A stretch of 64,000 bases of DNA from NCBI RefSeq assembly GCF_964204645.1, contig NC_134030.1:8165122-8229121 (forward strand), read 5' to 3'. The notes under the pieces were generated by a model, which was not told the origin of the DNA, did not search any database, and saw only the letters and a program-made list of their open reading frames with translations. Position 1 is the stretch's first letter, and the number at the start of each line of letters is the position of its first letter. Origin of the DNA: Tubulanus polymorphus. Taxonomy: Eukaryota > Animalia > Nemertea. Of this stretch, positions 53,300 through 64,000 are shown in pieces. Made by a program: the position numbers and the translations under genes.

Positions 53300-54369
53300 T
53301 GGCACCTCCATGACAGTAATGAATACCTGGATCTTCAAAAATTATATGAAATCATTTTGAAAAATAAAAAACGGCTTAGAAAAATATGAAAATAATAAGA
53401 ACTTACTAGAGATGAGGATGGCGTGGAAAAGACGGCCTGACGGAAGAGAGCAAACGGTCGTGTGCGCCAACGACACAAACCCGGCGCCAACGTCTGAATC
53501 CGGATATCTGGGGACAAAATGGCGATGGTAGCGGCGCGGCGCGAAACTTATCAATTGGTGCTACGGGGTTCCAAAAAGACGCGTCTGAATAAAAACCGAA
53601 CGACGATCCCGAAAAGCGATCACAAAGTGAGTCTGACTTGAGAAAGTTTGGAAAAAAAAACTTCATCAAACTTTAAACAAATCGATCCAGTCCATCAAAG
53701 AAGTTGTTCATGCGCCAAATCGATACACCGATCCCATCGCCTGATCATCACCCCAACTGTCCCAGCATTGCATGTACATGCAATAAATTAACCATTCATA
53801 AAAAAAAAAACCACTCACCTCATCGCCGTATTAAAAAAGTTAACCAAACTTCACCATCGACGACTAAAAATGAGGAAATCGTCAGCAAACGCACCGATCA
53901 AATGCGCCAAATCCGCCCGAGAGTGGCGACGGCGGCGAGCGCGCACCAACCGAGAGCGCGCCACCATGTTCGGCGGCCCCAAAATTTCAGGGCAAGTCGA
54001 GACTACGGGGTTCACTCGACGTCGTCTGAGCCGCAGCGATTGGCCAAATAATAATCACCAAAAAATACGAACATACCCTCCATGCCGTCGATTGTGCGAG
54101 CCGCGCGAACGCCAAAAAATTCAAAAGGATTTTCGGCGGTGAGACACCTTTTAACCGTCGGCGGATGGATTTTTGAATCTTAACGGACATCCGGTGACGA
54201 GCTGGAGACATCGCCGCATACAATAATGAATAATGGAATTTATGTTGTTGCTCGTGGTGCCACCATAAAATGGCGGGACGAACGAGGCGTTCTGATTGGC
54301 TAACCTGAATGTCGCCGAAAAAATAACTCTCGCATTTTTTAAACACGATCAACAAACTATCATTATCTG

Positions 54370-54400
<31 letters not shown>

Positions 54401-56000
54401 CAAAGTTATCAGCTAGCTTTAAAATATACGTATAACATAGTGTGGGTATATACATGTATGCTCGTTCTGATTGACAGTACTCTGCGGATCAGTACCAATC
54501 GCAAACGACATAGTAAATGTATATCGCAACAGTACTATCCGCCGACAACCAATCGTAACAAAGAACGGCTACGAAACGGAAGAAGTGCTGAAATACCGGG
54601 ACGGGGCGGACGACGAACCTACCTGAAAACGCGTACGCGCGTATCGTATCCGAAATAAAAACCGAGATGAAACAGCGCTGTAATCCGGAAGAGGCGGCCG
54701 ATAAGGAGACTGCGCGAACTCGCTATAAACCGAATACGCGATAAATTATCATAATTATCCACGAAATTGACGACGAACGATGAACCCGGTAAAAATTTGG
54801 CGCGCCCCTCGCTCCCGGCGGCGTTACTACGGCCAGCGAAAAAAGCGCCGGTTTCCAAAATGTTTCCAAGAACAGTCCGGTTTTAGTCGAGCCTACGGGG
54901 TTCACCACCAGTCTGAGAGCAGATCCGTCTCGCGGAACACAATTGGCCAAATTTCACCTTCCCCTCTGTACCATCGGTTCGGTAACACAAAATGCAATTG
55001 CCAATATCCAACGACATCGACACCGTCGACCGATTCAATCCGCGCGATACAGACCGGAGGATTTATATACATCAGAAACACGCACACAATGCTGCTGGGA
55101 AGTACACACACACAACGTACATGCAAACGACGAACACAACGGCAGCCGGCAACCAAAATAAAAAACCGTACGCTTAAAAATGGCGGTTCAGCAATGGCGG
55201 GAACTACTTCATTATCGCCGGTCGAGATGCGCGCATGTGTAGTGTGTCATCGTAATTTACATGCCGGTCTACTATAATGATATGTACGCAGACACGAGAA
55301 ATAGTAAGGCTCTCTCCGGTTACGACGTGCGGGCAGACGAGAATTACGTTCATCATACTATAGCAGCCGCAGTCGCAGGCGACCGACTGGGGCTTTTTTT
55401 TCCTTCGAGAAAAAAAGGGAGACCCCGGAATTGTTTGCAAAGCACTTCATACATCGGTCTGTCGTCGCTCGATAAAAGAATATCTTTGGCAAACGCTACT
55501 TCTACTATACATGAAAGCAGCCGTATTGAAAGAGAACTGTGTTAGCTGGCCAGACATACTTGCGTATAAAAATATTGCGTGATAGACAATTAACTTCCGA
55601 GAGACCGGCTCTAACACAAGAGTTTGTTATAGCACGGCGATAAAAAACGCATAAAAACGTTCAGGACTTAGAATGGTATGACCTCCTTTTCGCGCACGCC
55701 GGAAAAAGGTGTCCGAATTCGAAGCGCCCGTCACCGGCGCCGCATAAAACTAAAAACGCCATCAAAAAGAACAACACGATTATAGGACGAAGTCGTACGT
55801 ACCCAAAAAACGGCCGCGGCCCGGCGTAGATTCCGCGCGATCGGCGACGTCCGTTTTCGGCGCGGAAATGGCGCGAGCGCGCGCTCGCGGGCGCAACGAG
55901 AGCGGGGCCCGAAAAGGGGAAGATCACGCGAGAAGAGACACACACCAGAAACGTAAGAGTGCTACGGGGTTCTCAGATGCTTTCACAATACCGTACGGAT
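53300..56000 (-). promoter_or_regulatory. CpG-rich multi-promoter region with candidate alternative first exons
   Basis: High CpG; YY1-like AAAATGGCG at 53516, 54267 and 55177; E2F-like GGCGCGAAA/TTTGGCGCG; several CCAAT boxes; four copies of CTACGGGGTTC; minus-strand donors after 55803, 54623, 53819 and 53407. Confidence 0.65.
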
Positions 56001-58385
56001 TTAAAAAGTGGAGCAAGTCAGCAAAACTTCTCGCTATATAATAGATCAGACTCCCCCCTCCCCAAACAACAATGGAAACTATATCGACGTGTATATATAT
56101 ATATCCAACTCAAAAAACTCGAATAGGACACCACCGATCGAAACGTTTGTTTAAAGTTTGAAGAAGCGATTACGCCATGCTCCGATTGAAATCGGAAGAT
56201 AAAACTTTTCCCCAAATCTCGAGAACAGTTTCTAATGACAGCCGTACGAGTACACCTGTACTTGTATCTTTACTAAGCGAAATCGTTTTTCTTTTTTAAT
56301 ACAATCGATGACAATGAACGCCAACTGGAATATCTCGTCAACATGCATGCGTTCGGAATTCATCACCAGATAAGGCGGGTCCCCCCTTTTTTGTCATTTA
56401 GCCTATCCAGCAAAAAAAAAAAACCAATTACGTAAAAACTGGTACGAGCACAATGACAACAATAGACGTTGGGCTGATTCGTCTCATAATAGTATTATCG
56501 TCGCCATAGTTGCTTAAAGTCTGTTCGGAAAAAAAGACGCTTTTGACGAATAAACGAGTCGGCAGAACAGAGACGTTCATTCTCATCGGCTTCGGTTTGT
56601 AATAATGAAAAAAAACAACCAAACAAACATATCTATGAACAGCGCGACATAATGAGTAAACACGATTTCAAAAGCCGGTCAACGGTTTTGTTTTCAAAGT
56701 GAGCTTCGTAGTCGGTCTGGTTTGATTTCGTTCACATCATTGTTTTGGAAAAAAGACACACTACGATACCCAGTTGCCCTAAATCACATCTACATGCGAT
56801 ATTAGTGTTCTCAACAGCATCGTCTTTGTCATCATATACCCACGCTAAAAACCACCGAAAAAACCTCAATTCAATTAGGACGTCAGAGACCCTGTGACTT
56901 AAAACCGCAGACCGGCTTCGTTACTACGGGGGGGGGCCCTGAAATAAACAGCGTAGCTGTCTTATAACTGTTATGATAGCTTCGTTTTCCTTTAACAGCT
57001 GAAAAAATCTTCTCATCATTTCTTTCCTCATTCGCATAGCGCAAAACATAGACAAAGGTTTTCACAAGTTTCAGATAGTGCCGCATATATATACGTAAAC
57101 ATATATATATATATATATACTCGTGATTATGCATGCATACTTGCCCGTAAATCCGAAATGATATGTAACAACATTAAGGTGTTCTCTGCCGCTGTATTCC
57201 AGAAGCTTCCGGCAGACATTTTTCGACATAAATCATTCGGCCTAGCGTTTATAAATCGTGCGTGCCGTGCCAATAGAATCTGTCACAACCTGACCTCGTT
57301 GGGTCGCGCGGGAGGCGGTCGTGATTTTCGCTAACCGCTCCGGTTCATTAACATAACGGCCGGCCCATTTTCGAATAAGGCTCGGCTGATGAACATTAGT
57401 TGAACATAAGATTTATACGCGGCAGAACAGTAGTGTAAATAACGCATTATTGACAGCTACACGGCAATGATATGTTAATATCGGTGAAACGAAAGGCGGA
57501 GCGAACGACTGGCTCCGCCCATTTGTTTCCACGGGGTATCATCACATCTGGAATCGATATAATAAGTTCTCATAGGGATGAACGTGTGTGTAACAATGTG
57601 TGTAAGTCAGTGGCAATTCATTTCTAATCATCGATACAACAATTTACACTAAGATACAAATCAATTGAGCGATATTTCGCGATATGAGCGCATTCAGTCG
57701 ATAAAAGGTAATTTCATGCAGCCAAGAAGGCCGAAAACTTCATCGAGGGCTACATTCTTTTTACATTTATTCTCAGGCTCACGACCATTCATATCAGATA
57801 TTTCGCTATACAGAGCCACGAAATCTCAATTGTGTAAAATAATAAAGAATAATTGTAGTAATTGTTAACAAATTGACAAAACTGAAATATACAGCTTTCA
57901 TAGAAAAACTGCAATAGTCATTTAGTAGCAATCACGGGAATAGAATACTAAAATCTAGTAAATGCTGAATCTTAATGTTGTATACTGCACAGAATACAGG
58001 CAGCATTGCGACTACAATAGTGCCCCCATCACATGAAATGGATTCACATAAAATGTCAGAGATATCATTATCATTCTATATTTCGCCATCGCATTCATGG
58101 CCATTTAAGACAATATTTGGTCATATAAAACATAAAAAACCTTTAAAAAGCTTAGAATGACGGGTTTCAACTATCAGTTAACAAATTCTAGAATTTTAAG
58201 GTTGCCCTTTTTCATTGCCTCTGAGTAATATGCTGGAATTGGCAAGTTTCTGTGAAGGGTACACCAAAATATGGCTAGGATACCTAACTTAAATCATCAT
58301 AAGAAAAATTCTCATTCGATTTCCTAAGCGAGGAAAAACTTCCTCAAGGCAACCGAAAACTTGGTGAAAAATATATCCGACGTAC

Positions 58386-58616
58386 CCGACAGCGGCTTGA
58401 GAGGATACAACGAAGAAGTTTCAAATTCCAAGGAAGGAAACTTGTCTTGGAACACGATGAGGCAGATGAAATAGCAGAAGAAATAGGAGTCGTACATAGA
58501 AATGCCGGACTGTTTCGAAAAGCGCTTCCACACGCATGGTAAGAAGAACTGTGCATGTGTCCTTGGAGAATTGAACAAATACCACCATATAAGAATAAAG
58601 CTTCAACGACAACGAC
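58386..58616 (-). other. Candidate 231-nt exon of the host transcript
   Basis: Strong acceptor TTTTCATTTTCTCGTCAGTTTTTTTGTACAG|G at 58617/58616; plausible donor CGG|GTACGT at 58386/58385. Confidence 0.45.
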
Positions 58617-59225
58617 CTGTACAAAAAAACTGACGAGAAAATGAAAATTTTCAGTCAGATACCTAAAGATCAATTCATAACATCGTGCTGTACCATCGTA
58701 TCATCGTTTCTTTAAGAAATGTGTTGATAGATCATTATTATTAGATTATTCGACCACCTACAATAAAAACCATAGAAAAAACCTTTTTTGACCTCGCTCA
58801 AAGCAAAATCATTGGTCGATTGTGTTGTTGAAAGCAAAGTTAACCACAAAACTAAGTGGCTATAACTGCTTAAGCGAGGGGAGGTCGTTCCACGAAATTT
58901 CAAATCTTATCTTCTATATTCCGGTCAAAGGAAAGAACGTTTTCCCAAGTTCTTAGCTTTTAAAACCTGGGAACTTGTTAACATTCACTCTTCTAATATC
59001 TCAACCATGCTGAAAACTTTACTAACTCATAAACTAACCCTGTAGTCAATCATATGCATTTGACACTATTTTAGAAGAAAGTGCCAAATCAGCAGAGGTT
59101 GTAGAAACTGTGGTATTCGTGTACATTGACATTACTTTGTCAGTTGCAGGCTTGAGATATTTATGTGGTATTTACAATCATTATGGCAAAGCAAAATAAG
59201 AGATTATACATAGTGTACTTGGGAG

Positions 59226-59400
59226 ATGAAACAGTTCTTAGTTTCTTAGATTGTTAGGGTCTCCCCCTTCACCCCGTAATGCATGGATGGATCTAGGGTG
59301 ATCATCATAGTGCATATTTAGAAAATGAAACATTCCTTAGTTTCTAAAGATTGTTAGGGTGTCCCTTCACCCGTCCTGCATGGATGGATCTAGGGTCTCA
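59226..59400. repeat. Tandem duplication of a unit of about 100 bp
   Basis: ATGAAACA.T.CTTAGTTTCT..AGATTGTTAGGGT ... TGCATGGATGGATCTAGGGT occurs twice. Confidence 0.85.
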
Positions 59401-61546
59401 TTCAGAGAGGGTAACGCCCCCAAATTAGGACACGTCGTATAATCGAAGGAGCCATCCGGACAGCTCATTCCAAACCATTACGGTAACTCAATTTTGGAAA
59501 ACAAGCTTATGAATCTAAATCTAATTTAGGTATCAGATCAATATTTTTAGTTTTCCCGTGAAATTTCAGGGCTACTCGACATTTTTAGGGGTACTGAATG
59601 CAGTTCAGATAGCGCACAACACCAGAATTCTATTCTATACTATACAGTTACTAAACAGTTCTTCGAAATCTTTCTTACAGTTTTTCTAAATCTATCTTAT
59701 TTCCAAGATAAGGAACACCATTAGAATCTAAGTCTAACAAATCAAAGTGTCTCCGACTCTTTGTGAGCAGCTCAGTCATGTCATAACAGCTAAAAAAAAT
59801 ATAACATCACGTGCTTTACACCAGAATTTCAAAACTTGCACAAAAATATCGACAATTTTGATGACGAACTCGGATGTGCTAAGGCATTTATTCAAAACGA
59901 AATGCAATTCGGCGAGTACAATACAACATGGTTCACTCCACAATCGAACAAACATGTCGATGATTCTTTCTTTATCATATTAAGTACATACCTATAACAC
60001 TGTTGTCTCTTTCACACCTTCTACGCTCATTCAGCAAACAATTTAACCTTACAAATACCGTATCTGTTCTCAGTACGTGCTGCACACCGCATCCAATTTT
60101 CAGTTATAGATTACCTGGTGTATTACTCTCAACCCGGTGCGCGCAACCGATATCTGTGTCTCCTAGCGTTCGATTGCTCCAATTAATTTTGCACTTTTAA
60201 CTCTTAAAGTCCGACGGGCTATAATCACCTAGCTTCAAATATCCGATAATGATAACCGGAATCGTTTTTTTTCTCGAAATTCACGTTTCTTCGACCTCGT
60301 TGAAATGCTATACCCCGAGTCCAGACATACTTAAAGACACAATAAAGCTCTAGATAAAGCTCTACTCAGCGTCTCAGCGTCGACCGGCCAACCCGGACCC
60401 GGTTCTATTGCTAATCATTAATCGTGACCCAAAAATTTTTGCGCAATACGATACACGCACACACAATGCACGGCGAACAACGCCGCACTCCGCCGCCGTG
60501 CAATCAGTTCATCTCGGCGGTTATTTTTTGAATTTCGAACAAACGAAAAATGAACAAAAAATCCCCTCGATTTTGAACGGCCGGTATAAAATCGAAACCA
60601 GGGGGAGGGGGGCCGCGGCGAGACGCGGCATCGATAGTATATGTAACACAAACTGGAATAATCAGAGCGAAAGAATCTATGATAGAATTTATTAGAATCA
60701 GATGTTCTGTCTGATGTTCTGAACAGAAATCTTTTTTCAAGAACGAACATCAAAATTCGACAATATCTGGTGCCCTCCCTTACTCAAGGTTTCACAGGAA
60801 CGCCCTGCCCTTACTGTTCCTTTTTACATCTAACCCTCTGGAAATCGGCCGTCTCCGATCAAAAATCTGATGCCGTAGTTCCGTTCATGACTTGATGTCA
60901 ATGTTTTCTATCACTGAAAATGTTTTATATCATCAATTACAAAATTGCCATCCAAAATAGATAGGGTAAATCTATTGATAGTATAGATTATGCCGACATA
61001 AGGGTAAATTTTAAGTAAATAGTTTTTATGGACAGAGACCCCCAACTCCCTACGAAAGTGTACAGCATACAGCGTATATAGAGAAAACTGATATGTTATA
61101 GCACTGCAATTCTGATCTGTAATACCAGATGAGCGACGTGAAATATCTGATTTTTCGATACGAGCAGAAAAAACTGAAATACAAAAGTTAAAAAACACCT
61201 TTAAGCCGATGACAATCGCTTCTCATATCAAACGTGATGGAACATGCGCGCGCCCGCGCAAACCGACAACATTATCAACGAAGGTATATTGCCATGGCAA
61301 CGGAAAACAGAAATCGCTGGTTGGCTGCTTCGAGTGCGTTGACAACTTATTGCGGATTGATACGATCAAGGAACATCAGTTCATCAACATAACGTAACTT
61401 ATAATACTTCAAATCAGTCTCGTCTGAATAGGTCGCAGGGTGTTGCTAATGCAGGGTGCCCACTTTCCGCCCGTTTACAAATCCGTTCCCCCACCCCAAA
61501 TTTTCCCAGATTTTCCCATGTGATTATACAAAATTCCCGAATGAAT

Positions 61547-61772
61547 CAGGGCTGCCCAACCTCTAAAAAGTGCTATCAGTATTCGAATTTTTTTTGGTAA
61601 CATTTCGGATTGGAATATGAACGAAAATATTCAATCAATCAGTAATCAATCAACAGTAAGACCATCAGTAACATCTTTCATTTTTCTGTACATGAATCAA
61701 ACAAATCAAATCAGTATTTCTCACGATGTAAAATACTTACAAATACTGAAAATCAGGAACAGTTGACAACTG
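61547..61772 (+). mobile_element. hAT-like MITE, copy 2, nested in a CAGGGTG(G/C)CCAC-type element (about 61452-62032)
   Basis: CAGGGCTGCCCAACCTCT ... GGAACAGTTGACAAC; the flanking element ends are CAGGGTGCCCAC and GTGGCCACTCTG. Confidence 0.6.
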
Positions 61773-62417
61773 TAGAGAATCGAGAGAAATTTCTAGGTTT
61801 AACCATGGACTCTAATAAAATGTTTTTATAGCCATGGTTCAACATAGAACATGTTACAATTCATTCATTTCTCATTGAATCAAGTATCGATAAAGAAACA
61901 TGTGGTCATTAACATTATCTGAAATCCCATCTGAGTTTTCCAGATTTTTGGTAAAATTTGTCAAGTTCCCCAAGTTTTCTCTGTTTTTTTCTGCCCCCCC
62001 CCCCCACATTTTTCAGGTCAGTGGCCACTCTGTAATGCATTTAGGGTGGCAGTAATTGGAGTCGAGAATGACCAATAGATAATGGACTTATCATGAAAAC
62101 CCAAGTGGCTTTAATACCAGTTAGCTGTCATCATGTTTTCTCTTTTGAATTAAGAACGTTTCGATCAATTCAGGCCCGTATTTCAAAGGGGGGTTCTAGG
62201 AATTGGGGACGGACCCCACTCATCGATAGTCAGCCCTAATGTCAGTTTGATGAAAATTTTAGCATCAATCTTGCATAATTCACTCATAGGTGCCACTTTT
62301 TGTGAGTTTTCCTTTAAAACTTCCCTCACTCATTTGATTCAATTGCAGGAAAATGAAGCAGAACTTGGCTTCCGTTTTCATTCAGGTGTGCCAGAAGTCA
62401 TTAAATTGCTTCTCTTT

Positions 62418-62625
62418 CAGGGCTGGCAACCTCTGAAAAGTGCTATCAGTAACAAATTGAATTCCATTGAAATATGAACGGAAATAAGTTCACATCTATC
62501 AGTAATCAACAGTAAAACCCTCAGTAACATTTTTCATATTTTCTCTGTGTATCAAACAAATCAGTATCAGTATTTCTCGTCATGAAATAGTAACAGATAC
62601 TGAAAATCATGAAGTTGGCAGTCTG
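62418..62625 (+). mobile_element. hAT-like MITE, copy 3, nested in a CAGGCCCGTA ... TACGGGCTTG element (about 62171-62726)
   Basis: CAGGGCTGGCAAC ... GTTGGCAGTCTG flanked by the direct repeat CTCTTT (TSD-like). Confidence 0.65.
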
Positions 62626-63557
62626 CTCTTTGTGTTTGTCAATGTCATATGACGCCATGCACTTATACTGAGTCCAATTTCGTCATTTTTCAACCTCCCC
62701 CCTGAAAACAGCTGGCTACGGGCTTGTAATTAATTTCATGATGTCAATCTACTTTCCGAATTCTTATTTAACGCTTGATGAAATCACCGCAGTATTTGAA
62801 TTTCATTTGTCATCATGGAACAACAATAACCAGCGCGCGCGATACGAAACGAAAACAATGAGAAACGAAAACAATGAGCACCGTCAATTATTCAAACCTA
62901 ATGTATTTTACGCAATATTCAAAACAGATGGCAGCATAGTCTATGTATACAGACACAATAAACAAGATATAAATAGTTGATTTAGTCATTGATGATTAAA
63001 AACTGTGACCTAAACCGTCAACGACTTTTTATAGAAGTACTAATTTCTAGAATAGAATCGAGATCTTTATAGATCATAGACTAGAAATTTCAATACAGCC
63101 GACGCTGACCAGGGGCAGATCTAAGCTATATTGCACTGTATTCCAGAATAAAGTCAGAAAAATGAGAATAACGCATTTTCTAGAAGTACCGGTACCTAAT
63201 CTAACAGGTCCAGAATGCCTTCCAATACACGGAAAATTAGTTATTTTTCAAACTTTTCTCAGGGAGGAACCCCAAATCCCCCTTTAATGAGCTTCGCCGC
63301 CGGCGTATATCATTGAGCGATAATTTTGAGGAACATAGTCAAATCCATCGGCTGGATCCATGCCTGAGACGATGAAGACGATGTAACACCTGGCCCCTCC
63401 GTTCGTCTGACCGTGGTCCACTACATTTATAGGCTACACCGCAATTATGTAGATTCCAAGCTGACCAATTTAGACGAGAAATCCAAACAATAATCAAGAT
63501 AGAACCACAGAATCTACACTCGATCGAGATTTCAAACTGAATCCAACTGGAACCTAA

Positions 63558-63672
63558 GGCACCGGTTTTAAAGACTGGTATTAGCTTATCTTTAACCCGA
63601 GGGTTAACTCAATCGAAAATGAATTAAGTTAGCCCCCGGGTTAAAGTTAACACCAGTCTATAAAACCGGGCC
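63558..63672. mobile_element. PIF/Harbinger-like MITE (same family as 38878-38986)
   Basis: CCGGTTTTAAAGACTGGT ... ACCAGTCTATAAAACCGG, with the shared core GTTAACTCAAT-GAAAATGAATTAAGTTAGCCCCC. Confidence 0.75.
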
Positions 63673-63735
63673 AAGGAGTTTAGGCTAACTAGGAATGCTT
63701 AAGCCTTCGGTCGAAATTAACAAAGCAATACTTAC

Positions 63736-64000
63736 CCTGGCTAAATTGAATTTGACTTAAATTTCAAAAAACCTCGCGACCTTCGGCAAACCCGAATTTT
63801 CTTGGAAGAAGCACTCTCGAGATAATCGGAAAACGACAGACAATTAACAAAACGTTACAACGGTGCCAAGTAAGTACCATCGTAGCATCCATCGTCGACG
63901 AGACAATAATTCAGGGAAAAACCGCAATGCCATAAAAGTTTGTTTGCAAACGACGACAACGGCGGATGCCGCAAAACTGTAGTCGTAGCAACAACAACTA
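63736..64000 (-). other. Candidate upstream (5') exon continuing beyond the window
   Basis: Consensus donor AGG|GTAAGT at 63736/63735, preceded on the minus strand by CpG-rich, U-rich 5'-leader-like sequence up to the window edge. Confidence 0.45.

Noticed and set aside
53335-55945. Arg-rich ORFs in the CpG-rich region
   Set aside because: Stop-codon depletion in GC-rich promoter DNA; no homology recognised.
59252-59400. 10-11 nt matches to internal miR-125 sequence (GTTAGGGTCTC, TAGGGTCTCA)
   Set aside because: No seed and no hairpin, inside a local tandem duplication; likely chance.

Overview
AT-rich genomic DNA from a non-vertebrate animal (CpG is not depleted, and the MITE/HINE repeat landscape resembles marine invertebrates such as spiralians). 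No protein-coding gene can be recognised; the ORF-track entries are chance ORFs or products of (AT)n and tandem repeats. The core of the window is the ancient bilaterian microRNA cluster mir-100 / let-7 / mir-125 on the minus strand (29.9, 29.3 and 27.4 kb), in its conserved order and with complete hairpins and star arms. The surrounding ~44 kb (about 20.4 kb to beyond the window end) looks like a long, spliced, multi-promoter minus-strand host lncRNA (pri-miRNA). Its inferred parts are: candidate non-coding exons at 63.7, 58.4-58.6 and 43.3-43.4 kb; a TATA+Inr promoter at 44.46 kb; a CpG-rich region at 53.3-56 kb where one 11-mer (GAACCCCGTAG on the sense strand) recurs four times, each followed by a 5' splice site; a nuclear-receptor element cluster about 2.4 kb upstream of mir-100; and a hairpin-dense 3' domain ending at poly(A) signals near 20.4-20.6 kb. 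The rest is MITEs (Harbinger-, hAT- and Tc1/pogo-like), LINE/MULE/Penelope remnants, minisatellites and microsatellites. The miRNA calls are firm. The host-gene architecture is inferred from sequence signals only.
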